A stretch of 55,179 nucleotides of DNA from Gaiellales bacterium (lineage in GTDB: Bacteria; Actinomycetota; Thermoleophilia; Gaiellales; JAICJC01). The translations under genes were made by a program, and so were the position numbers. Numbering within the stretch: position 1 is the stretch's first letter; each line of letters starts with the position of its first letter. Under the pieces are notes generated by a model that saw only the letters and a program-made list of their open reading frames with translations, made no database searches and was not told the origin of the DNA. Below are positions 1 to 9,266 of the stretch, piece by piece. The DNA lies in assembly GCA_036263035.1 (NCBI GenBank), contig DATAHR010000139.1, forward strand, positions 1 through 55,179. The letters are read 5' to 3'.

Positions 1-827
1 TCACCCAGCATGTCGCGCGGCTGTCCGAGGCAATTGCGACGCTGCTGGTTCCGCACGAATTGCGCGATCACCCCGAGGCCGGACCGCTGGTGAAGAGCGG
101 CGCGGCGATCGCTTTCAATAATATCTCGTTTAAATACCCGGGCGGGTTGCAGGTGTTCCAGAATTTCAGCCTTCGGCTGCAGCCGGGCAAGCGTGTCGGG
201 CTGGTCGGCCAGTCGGGCGGCGGCAAGTCGACCCTGGCGAAGCTGATCGCGCGGTTCTACGACCCGAGCAGCGGGGCCGTGCGCGTCGACGACATCGACC
301 TGCGGGACGTCCAGCTCGGCAGCTACAGGCGCCAGCTGGGAGTAGTGCTGCAGGATCCGTTCCTGTTCTCGGGCACGATCGCCGACAACATCCGCTTCGC
401 GCGGCCGGACGCCACCGACGAGCAGGTGCGCGAGACGGCGGCCGCGGTCGGCGTCGACCGGATCGCCGCGCGGCTGCACGGCGGGCTCGACCACCAGGTG
501 CACGAGGGCGGCGCCGGCCTGTCGGCCGGTGAGCGCCAGCTGATCTCGATCGCCCGCGCGCTGCTCGCCGATCCCCGCATCCTGATCCTGGACGAGGCCA
601 CATCGAACATCGACCGCCCCACCGAGATCCAGATCGAGCGCGCGCTCGATCGGCTGCTGCGCGGCCGCACGTCGGTGATCATCGCGCACCGCCTGGCAAC
701 CGTCCGGCGGGCCGACGAGATCCTGGTCGTCGACCACGGCCGTATCATCCAGCGCGGCACGGAGCGCGAGCTGCTGGCCGAGGACGGCCCGTTCCGCCGC
801 CTCGCGCACGACCTCCGTGCCGTGTAG
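1..827 (+). CDS. ABC exporter, C-terminal ATP-binding domain (5' end outside window)
   Basis: Frame is open from the window edge. Walker A GQSGGGKST, ABC signature LSAGERQ, Walker B ILILDEATS, H-loop IIAHR. Stop TAG 825-827. Confidence 0.9.
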   Translation, partial: TQHVARLSEAIATLLVPHELRDHPEAGPLVKSGAAIAFNNISFKYPGGLQVFQNFSLRLQPGKRVGLVGQSGGGKSTLAKLIARFYDPSSGAVRVDDIDLRDVQLGSYRRQLGVVLQDPFLFSGTIADNIRFARPDATDEQVRETAAAVGVDRIAARLHGGLDHQVHEGGAGLSAGERQLISIARALLADPRILILDEATSNIDRPTEIQIERALDRLLRGRTSVIIAHRLATVRRADEILVVDHGRIIQRGTERELLAEDGPFRRLAHDLRAV

Positions 828-838
828 GCTCGCCGGCC

Positions 839-1801
839 ATGCCGGCTGCCGATTCCATGCCGCTCGTTCACCTGTCGGAGGCGGAGGTCGCCGCCGCCCT
901 GCCGCCGCCGCTCGAGGCCGTGGCGATGGCCCGGCGGGCGCTGATCGCCCTCGCCGACGGCTCCGCCCAGCTGCCGCCGAAGCCGTCCGTGCACGCGCGT
1001 GAGGGGGTTCTGGCCAACGCCATGCCGGCCTACCTGGCCGATGGTGACCTGCTCGGGCTGAAGTGGATCGCTGCCTACCCGACCAACGCCGACCTGGGCC
1101 TGCCGACGCACCTCGGACTGGTTGTGCTGTCTGACGCGGCAACGGGAATGCCCACCGCCGTCATGGACGCGGCGGCGCTGACGGGATCGCGCACGGCGGC
1201 GGTGTCGGGCGCGTGCATCCAGGCGCTTGCGCCGCCGCGTCCGGGCCACGTCGCGATCACCAGCGCAGGAGTGCAGGCGCGCACGCACCTGCTCGTGCTC
1301 GAGGCGCTCGGCATGGAGAACGTCACGGCCGTCGCCCGCCGTCCGGAGTCCGCGCAGGCGCTCGGGTCGTGGGCAGAGCAGCACGCGCCCGGGATCTCGC
1401 TCAGCTGCGTCACGACGGCCGAAGAGGCGGTCGACGGCGCGTCGGTGGTCGTCACGGCGGTGCCGATCGGTACTGACGGCGCGCGCCTCGATCCGGGGTG
1501 GCTCCGCGACGACGCCCTGCTCCTGCCGATCGACTACGCGACCTCGATCGGTGCCGACATCGCCAACGACGCGGCCCTCTACTCCGACGACGTCGGTCAG
1601 CTGCTGCGCTACCGGGAATCAGGCTCGTTCCCGAGCTATCGCGATCCCGACGGCTACTGCGGCGACGCGATCCGGGCCGAGCGACCGGAGGGGCGGGTCG
1701 TGTGCCAGAACCTCGGCAATGGCGCAGCCGACCTGATCTTCGCCGACTACGTGCTGCGCTCGGCCGTCGAGGCCGGATCGGGCAGGGAGCTGCCGCGATA
1801 G
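839..1801 (+). CDS. ornithine cyclodeaminase / mu-crystallin family protein
   Basis: 320 aa. Family-typical N-terminal region (LPPKPSVH..., LGLKWIAAYPTN), TGSRTAAVSG and a Rossmann-like segment. TAGGCT lies 8 nt upstream of the ATG. Confidence 0.8.
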   Translation: MPAADSMPLVHLSEAEVAAALPPPLEAVAMARRALIALADGSAQLPPKPSVHAREGVLANAMPAYLADGDLLGLKWIAAYPTNADLGLPTHLGLVVLSDAATGMPTAVMDAAALTGSRTAAVSGACIQALAPPRPGHVAITSAGVQARTHLLVLEALGMENVTAVARRPESAQALGSWAEQHAPGISLSCVTTAEEAVDGASVVVTAVPIGTDGARLDPGWLRDDALLLPIDYATSIGADIANDAALYSDDVGQLLRYRESGSFPSYRDPDGYCGDAIRAERPEGRVVCQNLGNGAADLIFADYVLRSAVEAGSGRELPR

Positions 1802-4146
1802 GGCGAGAGCCCGAACCGCGAGAGCGCCCACACCGCCCCCACCCCGCACCCCACCATCACCAGCACGGCCCAGAACCCGGGCACCGTGAGCGCGAAGAAC
1901 TGCCGCAGGGCCGGCGTGCCGAGCACCAATAGGTAGCCCGCCCCCAGTGACGCGGCCAGCGCCACCACCAGGCCCGCGTAGCGGGGGCTGCGCTGCATCC
2001 GCTCTGCGTCCAGCACCAGCAGGAGGTAGAGGCCGATCGCCACGTACACCGTCACGGCCGCCGTGCGCGCCTCGGTGTCGGAGTGCCCGCGCACATCGCC
2101 CACGGCCAGGTAGGCGATGAGGGTGGCGGCGCCCATCACGGCACCGGCCGGCAGCGCGAAGCGGAGCACGCGCCGCACGAACCCGCCGGTCTCGGGGATG
2201 CCGCTCGCCGGCCCCAATGCGAGCACGAAGCCGGGAACGCCGACCGTGAAGGTGGCGGCGAGCGAGAGATGGCGGGGAAGCAGCGGGAACTCGCCCGTCC
2301 AGAGGCCGAACGTGGCGATCACAAAGGCGGCGAACACCGACTTGGTGACGAACAGCTTCGCCACGCGCTGGACGTTGCCGATGATGCGCCGCCCCTCGGC
2401 GACGGCGTCGGGGATGGCACCGAACCGGTCGGACACGAGCACCGCGTCGGCGACGCTCTTTGCGAGCTGCGTGCCGCTGCCGAGCGCCACGGCCAGCCTG
2501 GCGCTCTTCATCGCGGGCACGTCGTTGACGCCGTCGCCAATCATGGCAACGTACGCCCCCTTCTGCCGCAGCGCCTCGATCAGGCGGCGCTTGTCCTCGG
2601 GCCTCAACCGCGCGAACACGGTGGTGGTCGAGGCGACCGCAGCCAGCTGCTCCGCGTCCTGCGGAAGGCTCGATCCGTCCACCGCTTCCTCGCCGACGCG
2701 TATGCCGACGCGATCTGCAACCGCCGCCACGGTGGTGGGTGAATCGCCCGACATCACCTTCACCTCGACGCCCTGGTCGTAGAGGAAGGCGATCGTGTCC
2801 CGCGCATCGTCCCGCAGCCGCTCCTCGAGAACGACCAGCCCCAGCGGCTCCAGCGCAGGCGGCCGGTGGTCGCGGTCGTCGGTCTCGACGCCGCCCGGCG
2901 CGAGGCCGAAGGCGAGCACCCGCCGGCCGGTGCGCTCGTGCTCGACCGCCTGGGGTGGCTGCGCGCCGGCGAGGAGGACGTCGGGCGCGCCCAGCACCAG
3001 CCATGTCCCGTCCAGGTCGAGCGCGCTCCACTTCCACCGCGACGAGAACGGCACCTCGCCGGCAGCCGGTTGCGCCTCACCGGGCAACCCTGCCGCGACG
3101 GCGTCCAGCGTGGCGTTCCGCGAGCCCGCGCTCGCGGCGTAGGACGACAGCTGCGCCCGCAGATCGGCCTCGTCCGCCCCGCCCAGCGGGATCAGCTCGC
3201 GCAGCTCGAGCGTGCCGTCCGTGAGCGTCCCCGTCTTGTCCAGGCACACCGTGTCGACATTGGCCAGCGACTCGATCGCGTTCATGTACTGCACGAGCAT
3301 TCCGCGCCGGGAGAGGCGGACCGCGGCCACCGCGAAGGTGAGGCTCATCAGCAGCACGAGCCCCTCGGGGATGAGCGTGACGATGCCTGCTGTGGCCGTC
3401 GCGGCGGCCTCGCGAAACGGCGTGTGACGCCGGACGAGCGTCCAGATCAGCGCCGCGCCGAGGGGGATCATGACGGCCACCATCAGCCGTAGGAGCTGGT
3501 TGATCTGCTGCTCCAGCGGCGAGCGTTCGGCCGTGTTCGCGCGGGCGGTGCCGAGCAGGCGCCAGGCATAGCTGTCCGGCCCGGTGGCGGTTACGACGTA
3601 GGAGCCGCTGCCCTCGACGCAGTAGGAGCCGGAGAGGACGCGGTCGCCGCCATCGTGGGCAACCGGCAGCGACTCGCCGCTGAGCGCCGACTCGTCGAGC
3701 ATCATCCCCACCGAGGAGACGACCTCGCCGTCGGCCACGACCTGATCCCCGCTTCGCAGGTTCACGAGATCGCCGTCGACGATCTGGCCCATCTCGAGCG
3801 ACTCCTCCGCGCCGTCCCTGACGACGCGGGCCTGCGGCTGCACCAGCAGCGCGGCGCGGTCGAGCACCCGTTTTGCGCGCAGCTCCTGGATGATGCCGAT
3901 GGCAGTGTTGGCAACGAGGATCCCGGCGAACAGGCCGTCCGCCGGCCGGCCCGCCGCCAGGATCAGCACGAAGAAGGCCGCCAGGATCAGGTTGAACAGC
4001 GTGAGCGTGTTCGACCTGACGATGCTGGCGACCGAGCGGCTCGACGGCGGCGGCGGCAGATCCCCTCGCGCCGCCAGGCGGCGAGCTGCCTCCTCCCGGG
4101 TCAGCCCGGCCGCTGCAGCCGGGGGCGCCTGCGCCTCCTGGGTCAC
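1747..4146 (-). CDS. cation-transporting P-type ATPase
   Basis: 799 aa. SGES actuator motif, PEGL, phosphorylation site DKTGTLT, hinge [12 protein letters not shown], multiple TM helices. GTG start. Confidence 0.9.
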   Translation of the reverse strand: MTQEAQAPPAAAAGLTREEAARRLAARGDLPPPPSSRSVASIVRSNTLTLFNLILAAFFVLILAAGRPADGLFAGILVANTAIGIIQELRAKRVLDRAALLVQPQARVVRDGAEESLEMGQIVDGDLVNLRSGDQVVADGEVVSSVGMMLDESALSGESLPVAHDGGDRVLSGSYCVEGSGSYVVTATGPDSYAWRLLGTARANTAERSPLEQQINQLLRLMVAVMIPLGAALIWTLVRRHTPFREAAATATAGIVTLIPEGLVLLMSLTFAVAAVRLSRRGMLVQYMNAIESLANVDTVCLDKTGTLTDGTLELRELIPLGGADEADLRAQLSSYAASAGSRNATLDAVAAGLPGEAQPAAGEVPFSSRWKWSALDLDGTWLVLGAPDVLLAGAQPPQAVEHERTGRRVLAFGLAPGGVETDDRDHRPPALEPLGLVVLEERLRDDARDTIAFLYDQGVEVKVMSGDSPTTVAAVADRVGIRVGEEAVDGSSLPQDAEQLAAVASTTTVFARLRPEDKRRLIEALRQKGAYVAMIGDGVNDVPAMKSARLAVALGSGTQLAKSVADAVLVSDRFGAIPDAVAEGRRIIGNVQRVAKLFVTKSVFAAFVIATFGLWTGEFPLLPRHLSLAATFTVGVPGFVLALGPASGIPETGGFVRRVLRFALPAGAVMGAATLIAYLAVGDVRGHSDTEARTAAVTVYVAIGLYLLLVLDAERMQRSPRYAGLVVALAASLGAGYLLVLGTPALRQFFALTVPGFWAVLVMVGCGVGAVWALSRFGLSPYRGSSLPDPASTAERST

Positions 4147-4152
4147 CGGGTC

Positions 4153-4162
4153 AGTGTAGTGT
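4153..4162. promoter_or_regulatory. overlapping divergent -10 boxes: TACACT for the ATPase (minus strand), TAGTGT for purE (plus strand)
   Basis: The intergenic spacer is only 23 bp (4147-4169). TAGTGT 4157-4162 is 7 nt before ATG 4170. TACACT (reverse complement of 4153-4158) is 6 nt before GTG 4146. This geometry fits leaderless mRNAs. Confidence 0.35.
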
Positions 4163-4169
4163 CCGCCCC

Positions 4170-4670
4170 ATGAGCGACACGGCCGCGCCGATGGTGGGCG
4201 TCATCATGGGATCGCGCTCGGATTGGGACACCATGCGGCATGCGGTCGAGACGCTCGAGCAGCTGCGGGTGCCCTGCGAGCACCGGGTCGTCTCGGCGCA
4301 TCGCACCCCGGATCTGCTCTTCGAGTACGCCTCGTCGGCACGTGAGCGCGGGCTTCGAGTGCTGATCGCGGGGGCCGGAGGCGCGGCCCACCTGCCGGGT
4401 ATGGCTGCGGCGAAGACAAGCCTTCCCGTGCTCGGCGTGCCCGTGCAGTCGAAGGCGCTTTCGGGCATCGACTCGCTGCTCTCGATCGCCCAGATGCCGG
4501 CAGGTGTCCCCGTCGGAACGCTCGCGATCGGACGCGCCGGCGCGGTGAACGCGGCGCTGCTTGCGGCATCAATCCTGGCGATCGAGGACGAGGGCATCCG
4601 CCGGGCGCTCGACGAGTTCCGCGCCGGCCAGACGGACGAGGTGCTTGCCCACCCGGATCCGTCGGCGTGA
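4170..4670 (+). CDS. purE: N5-carboxyaminoimidazole ribonucleotide mutase
   Basis: [16 protein letters not shown] and [10 protein letters not shown] motifs. 166 aa. Confidence 0.9.
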   Translation: MSDTAAPMVGVIMGSRSDWDTMRHAVETLEQLRVPCEHRVVSAHRTPDLLFEYASSARERGLRVLIAGAGGAAHLPGMAAAKTSLPVLGVPVQSKALSGIDSLLSIAQMPAGVPVGTLAIGRAGAVNAALLAASILAIEDEGIRRALDEFRAGQTDEVLAHPDPSA

Positions 4671-5755
4671 CCACGGTCGGGTTCCTGGGAGGCGGGCAGC
4701 TCGCCCGGATGATGGCGCTGGCCGGGATCCCGCTCGGGATCGCCTCGAGCTTCCTCGACCCCGCCGCCGACGCGTGCGCCGGCGTTGCGGGCGAGCTGAT
4801 CGTCGACGCCTATGACTCGCCGGAGGGGCTCGACCGGCTCGCAGCGAGCGCGGACGTGGTGACGTTCGAGTTCGAGTCGGTGCCGGCCAGCTCGGCCGAG
4901 CGGCTGGCCTCGCGGGTGGCGGTGCATCCGCCGCCGCGGGCGCTGGAGGTGGCACAGGATCGGCTGTTCGAGAAGCGGCTGTTCGAGCAGCTGGGCATCG
5001 AGGTGACCGGGTTCCTCGCGATCGACTCACAGCAGGAGCTGGATGCGGCCGGCCGGGCGGGCGTGCTGAAGACGCGGCGGCTCGGATACGACGGCAAGGG
5101 CCAGCGGGTGCTCGAGGGCGCGGGCGACGCCGAGGGCGCATTCGACGACCTCGGTGGCGTGCCGCTGCTGCTGGAGGATCTGGTGGCGTTCGACCGGGAG
5201 CTGTCGGCCATCGCCGTGCGCGGCCGCGACGGGGAGGTTCGCTGCTACCCGCTGGTGGAGAACCATCACGCGGACGGCATCCTGCGCGTCACCCACGCGC
5301 CTGCCCCCGGCCTGACACCGGAGCTGCAGGCGCTCGGCGAGCGGTACGTGACGGCGGTGCTCGAGGAGCTCGAGTACGTCGGCGTGCTCGCGCTCGAGCT
5401 GTTCCAGGCCGGGGACCGGCTGCTGGCCAACGAGATGGCCCCGCGGGTGCACAACTCCGGGCACTGGACGATCGAGGGTGCACAGACCAGCCAGTTCGAG
5501 AACCACATGCGGGCGGTGTGCGGACTGCCGCTTGGAGACGTGTCGGCCAGGGGCGAGTCGACGATGGTGAACCTGATCGGTGCCGTTCCCGACGCGGACG
5601 CGGTGCTGGCGGTCGACGGCGCGCATCTGCACCTCTACGGCAAGGCGCCGCGCCCGGGCCGCAAGGTCGGCCACGTGACCGTCACGAGCGGCGGCGACTG
5701 GCGTCGGATAGCGGAGCTGGCCGGTGCCCCGGCCGGCACCACGGCGGCCCGCTGA
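4667..5755 (+). CDS. purK: N5-carboxyaminoimidazole ribonucleotide synthase (ATP-grasp)
   Basis: [10 protein letters not shown]-terminus, ATP-grasp body, GTGA start/stop overlap with purE. Confidence 0.9.
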   Translation: MTTVGFLGGGQLARMMALAGIPLGIASSFLDPAADACAGVAGELIVDAYDSPEGLDRLAASADVVTFEFESVPASSAERLASRVAVHPPPRALEVAQDRLFEKRLFEQLGIEVTGFLAIDSQQELDAAGRAGVLKTRRLGYDGKGQRVLEGAGDAEGAFDDLGGVPLLLEDLVAFDRELSAIAVRGRDGEVRCYPLVENHHADGILRVTHAPAPGLTPELQALGERYVTAVLEELEYVGVLALELFQAGDRLLANEMAPRVHNSGHWTIEGAQTSQFENHMRAVCGLPLGDVSARGESTMVNLIGAVPDADAVLAVDGAHLHLYGKAPRPGRKVGHVTVTSGGDWRRIAELAGAPAGTTAAR

Positions 5756-5784
5756 GCGGCCGTCAGGGCGCCGCCGCCGTACCT

Positions 5785-5963
5785 GTCACGCCGCGGTCAC
5801 AGAACGGTCACGCCCACCCGACAGGTGTTGGTCTCCAATAATTCGGGTGCGCGGCGCGTTCCGCTCAACGAGGCCGGTTGCGCGTCACGGATGTGTGACG
5901 GAAGCGCAACGGTCGCACGACAGGAGTCGGGCACCGTGTCGGGCGCCGTTACGGGTGCGTGAC
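5785..5963 (+). promoter_or_regulatory. conserved non-coding module, copy 1: (GTCAC)x3, 25 nt, AATAAT, 41 nt, GTCAC/GTGAC/GCAAC
   Basis: GTCAC at 5785, 5796 and 5807. 15-mer GGTCACGCCCACCCG at 5806-5820. 17-mer CTCCAATAATTCGGGTG at 5833-5849. Second triad at 5884, 5895 and 5906. It matches the reverse complement of 39475-39642 block by block with identical spacing. Confidence 0.6.
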
Positions 5964-5977
5964 GATTCCGTGAGCGG

Positions 5978-6121
5978 TCAGCGTGAGAACAGCCCGCGGC
6001 CGAGGAAGCCGGCCACGAGCGCGACCAGCAGCGCGATCAGGATCACCCACAGGGCGATCTTGATGGCACCGATCACACCCACGATCAGGATCAGCAGCAG
6101 AAGCAGAAGTAGCCAGATCAT
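5978..6121 (-). CDS. small hydrophobic membrane protein (47 aa), hypothetical
   Basis: Not in the supplied track (under 60 aa). ATG 6121, TGA 5978. Translation MIWLLLLLLLILIVGVIGAIKIALWVILIALLVALVAGFLGRGLFSR. Third codon positions are almost all G/C, as in real genes here. The SD is weak. Confidence 0.45.
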   Translation of the reverse strand: MIWLLLLLLLILIVGVIGAIKIALWVILIALLVALVAGFLGRGLFSR

Positions 6122-6184
6122 GCGCGGTCTATACCCCGCAGACGACGCGACTCACACACGTCGCCGGACGGTATCCTTGTCCGA

Positions 6185-7384
6185 ATGGCAGACATCGGCT
6201 TCGACGACGTAACCAAGATCTATGACGACGGCACCCGGGCCGTGAACTCCGTCGACCTGACCATCGATGACGGCACCCTCATGGTGCTCGTCGGGCCGTC
6301 CGGCTGCGGCAAGACCACGCTGCTGCGCATGGTGGCAGGGCTCGAGGAGATCACCGACGGCGAAATCCGGATCGGCGATCGGGTGATCAACGACGTGGAG
6401 GCGAAGAACCGCGACCTCGCGATGGTCTTCCAGAACTACGCGCTCTACCCGCACATGACGTGCTACGACAACATGGCGTTCGGCCTGAAGCTGCGGAAGG
6501 TTCCGAAGAAGGAGATCGACCGCCGCGTCCGCGAGACGGCGAAGACGCTGGGGCTCGAGGACCAGCTGCGCAAGAAGCCGAAGGCGCTCTCGGGCGGCCA
6601 GCGTCAGCGCGTGGCCATGGGCCGCGCCATCGTCCGCGAACCGAAGGCGTTCCTGATGGACGAGCCGCTGTCGAACCTCGACGCCAAGCTGCGAGTCCAG
6701 ATGCGCACGGAGATCTCGCGGATCCAGCGCGAGCTCGGCGTGACCATGATCTACGTCACGCACGACCAGACCGAGGCCATGACCATGGGCGACCGCGTGG
6801 CCGTCATGAACCGGGGCGTGCTGCAGCAGGTCGACAACCCGCAGGAGATGTACGACCGGCCGGCCAACCTGTTCGTGGCCGGGTTCATCGGCTCGCCCGC
6901 CATGAACATGGTGGAGGCGGACCTCGTCCGGGGCGACGGGGGCGCCGCCGCGGAGTTCGGCGGCGTCCGGCTGCCCATTCCCGAGCAGGTGTTCCAGGAG
7001 CGGACGGGGCTGTCCGGCTATGTCGGCAAGCGCGTGGCCCTCGGCATCCGGCCCGAGGACATCGAGGATCCCGAGCACGCCAGCCGGCGGATCGAGGGAG
7101 CCGACCTGCCGGTGACGGTCGAACACCGCGAGGCGATGGGGTCAGAGGTGTACGTTCACTTCGACGTCGAGGCGCCGCCGGTCGTCACGGACGACACGCG
7201 GGACCTGGCCGCGGACGCCGACCTGCTCGACGAGATCGAGCAGGAGGCGGACAGCACGAGGACGGCGTTCGTCGCGCGGCTGAACCCGCGCACGTCGGCG
7301 GCGCTGGGACAGCCGATCCGGCTCCAGGTCGACACCAACCGAGCGCATTTCTTCGATCTCCAGACGGGGAACGCGATCCGGTAG
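6185..7384 (+). CDS. sugar-type ABC transporter ATP-binding protein (MalK/UgpC/MsiK-like), no cognate permease adjacent
   Basis: Walker A GPSGCGKTT, LSGGQRQR, FLMDEPLSNLD, C-terminal MalK-type regulatory domain. TATCCT lies 7 nt upstream of the ATG. Confidence 0.9.
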   Translation: MADIGFDDVTKIYDDGTRAVNSVDLTIDDGTLMVLVGPSGCGKTTLLRMVAGLEEITDGEIRIGDRVINDVEAKNRDLAMVFQNYALYPHMTCYDNMAFGLKLRKVPKKEIDRRVRETAKTLGLEDQLRKKPKALSGGQRQRVAMGRAIVREPKAFLMDEPLSNLDAKLRVQMRTEISRIQRELGVTMIYVTHDQTEAMTMGDRVAVMNRGVLQQVDNPQEMYDRPANLFVAGFIGSPAMNMVEADLVRGDGGAAAEFGGVRLPIPEQVFQERTGLSGYVGKRVALGIRPEDIEDPEHASRRIEGADLPVTVEHREAMGSEVYVHFDVEAPPVVTDDTRDLAADADLLDEIEQEADSTRTAFVARLNPRTSAALGQPIRLQVDTNRAHFFDLQTGNAIR

Positions 7385-7495
7385 CGTCGTCAGCGGGGCT
7401 CGGGGCCACGCGGCGTGGCGCCAGGCCTGCGACGAGGGGTGCGACCGCTTCCGCCGTGGCTACAGCTCGATCCGGCCGTTGTAGTCTCCGGCGCC

Positions 7496-8329
7496 ATGGG
7501 TCATGTCGGCGTCTGCGGATCGATGAACATGGACGTCTTCGCGTACGTCGAGCGACTGCCGCGGCCGGGCGAGACGCTCACCGGCGACCGGCTGCTCTAC
7601 GCGCCGGGCGGCAAGGGCGCGAACCAGGCGGTGGCGGCCGCGCGCCTCGGTGCGACCGTGTCGTTCCATGCCGCCTGCGGGCGGGACGGCTTCGGCGATC
7701 GCCTGGTCGCCTCGCTGGAGGAGGACGGCATCGACATGACGGGCGTGCGCCGCGTGGAGGACGCCACCGGCGTCGCGATGATCCTCGTCGACCGCGAGGG
7801 GGAGAATGAGATCGTCTTCGTGCCGGGTGCCAATGGGCACGTGACGGCGCCGCCGGCAGACGACCGAGTCGACGTCTGGGTGACACAGGCGGAGATCCCG
7901 GCAGCGGCAGCGAAGGGTGTGCTCGACGCCGCCCGCGCGACCGGGGCCCTGGCGATCGTCAACCCGGCCCCGGCCGGCCGGCTCCCGGCCGATCTGGTTG
8001 CCAGGTTCGACATCGTGGTGGTCAACGAGACCGAGCTGGACGCACTCGGAGGCAACCACGCTCCGACGACGATCCTGACGCTTGGGCGATCAGGCGCGCG
8101 CGTGATGCCGGACGGTCCGGAGCTGCCGGCATTCCCGGCAGATGTCGTCGACACCACCGGCGCCGGCGATGCGCTCGTCGGCGGGCTGGCCGCGGGCCTG
8201 GCTCAGGGCATGCCGGTGCCGGACGCCTTGCGACTGGGCATGGCGGCAGCATCCCTTGCCGTGGAGCACGAGGGGTGCCAGCCGGCGATGCCGCAGCGTC
8301 ACGTCGTCGACCGGCGGCTGGCCGGCTGA
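7496..8329 (+). CDS. rbsK: ribokinase (PfkB family)
   Basis: GSMNMD, GGKGANQAVAAARLG, C-terminal DTTGAGDA. Start moved to ATG 7496, with TAGTCT 8 nt upstream. Confidence 0.8.
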   Translation: MGHVGVCGSMNMDVFAYVERLPRPGETLTGDRLLYAPGGKGANQAVAAARLGATVSFHAACGRDGFGDRLVASLEEDGIDMTGVRRVEDATGVAMILVDREGENEIVFVPGANGHVTAPPADDRVDVWVTQAEIPAAAAKGVLDAARATGALAIVNPAPAGRLPADLVARFDIVVVNETELDALGGNHAPTTILTLGRSGARVMPDGPELPAFPADVVDTTGAGDALVGGLAAGLAQGMPVPDALRLGMAAASLAVEHEGCQPAMPQRHVVDRRLAG

Positions 8330-8340
8330 GAGGTCCGAGG

Positions 8341-9255
8341 GTGGCGACCCCGATCATCCTCGACTGCGACCCCGGACACGACGATGCGATCGCGATCATG
8401 CTCGCCCTGGCCAGCCCGGAGGTCGAGCTGCTGGGCGTGACGGCGGTTTCCGGCAACGCGCCGCTGCACCACACCCGGGCCAACGCGATCCGTGTCCTCG
8501 ACCACCTGGGGCGCCCGGACATCCCCGTCGCCGCCGGCGCCGACCGTCCGCTGGTTCAAGACCCGTTCACGCCGGGCGACGTGCACGGCCCGACAGGCAT
8601 GGACGGGCCTGACCTGCCGCCGGCCGGCCGCGAGCCGGTCGCCGCCCATGCGATCGACCTGATGGCCGAGCTGGCGCTCGCGCCTGGCGGGCCCGTCACG
8701 CTGGTTGCGACCGGCCCGCTGACCAACGTGGCGCTGTTCGTCGCCCGGCATCCCGACGCCGCGGCGGCGCTCGACCGGGTGGTGTTCATGGGCGGAGCGA
8801 TCGGGCTCGGCAACGTCACACCCGCGGCCGAGTTCAACATCTGGGCCGATCCTGACGCGGCCCGGCGAGTCTGCATCAGCGGGCTGGACGTCACGATGGT
8901 GGGGCTGGACGTCACCCATCATGCGCTGTTCACGCCCGAGCAGACGGAGGCAATCCGTGGGCGGGGCATCGCGGGGCGGCTGACTGCGGAGCTCGTCGAC
9001 TATTACGCGCGGTCACACCCACACATGTCCGGCACCCCGATCCACGACGCCGTGGCAGTCGCCCAGGTGATCGACCCCTCGCAGCTGACCGTGGAGCACT
9101 GCCACGTCGACGTCGACTGCGGGCCGGTCAGCCGCGGGCGGACGCTCGTCGACCAGTTCCACATCACGGGACGGGAACCGAACGTTCACGTGGCGACGGC
9201 CATCGACCCCGGGTTCACGGACTGGATGGCAGAGCGGATCGCCTCGCTCGGCTGA
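8341..9255 (+). CDS. inosine/uridine-preferring nucleoside hydrolase family protein
   Basis: N-terminal aspartate cluster ILDCDPGHDDAIA. GTG 8341 follows the rbsK stop. Confidence 0.85.
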   Translation: MATPIILDCDPGHDDAIAIMLALASPEVELLGVTAVSGNAPLHHTRANAIRVLDHLGRPDIPVAAGADRPLVQDPFTPGDVHGPTGMDGPDLPPAGREPVAAHAIDLMAELALAPGGPVTLVATGPLTNVALFVARHPDAAAALDRVVFMGGAIGLGNVTPAAEFNIWADPDAARRVCISGLDVTMVGLDVTHHALFTPEQTEAIRGRGIAGRLTAELVDYYARSHPHMSGTPIHDAVAVAQVIDPSQLTVEHCHVDVDCGPVSRGRTLVDQFHITGREPNVHVATAIDPGFTDWMAERIASLG

Positions 9256-9266
9256 ACCACTCGGGC

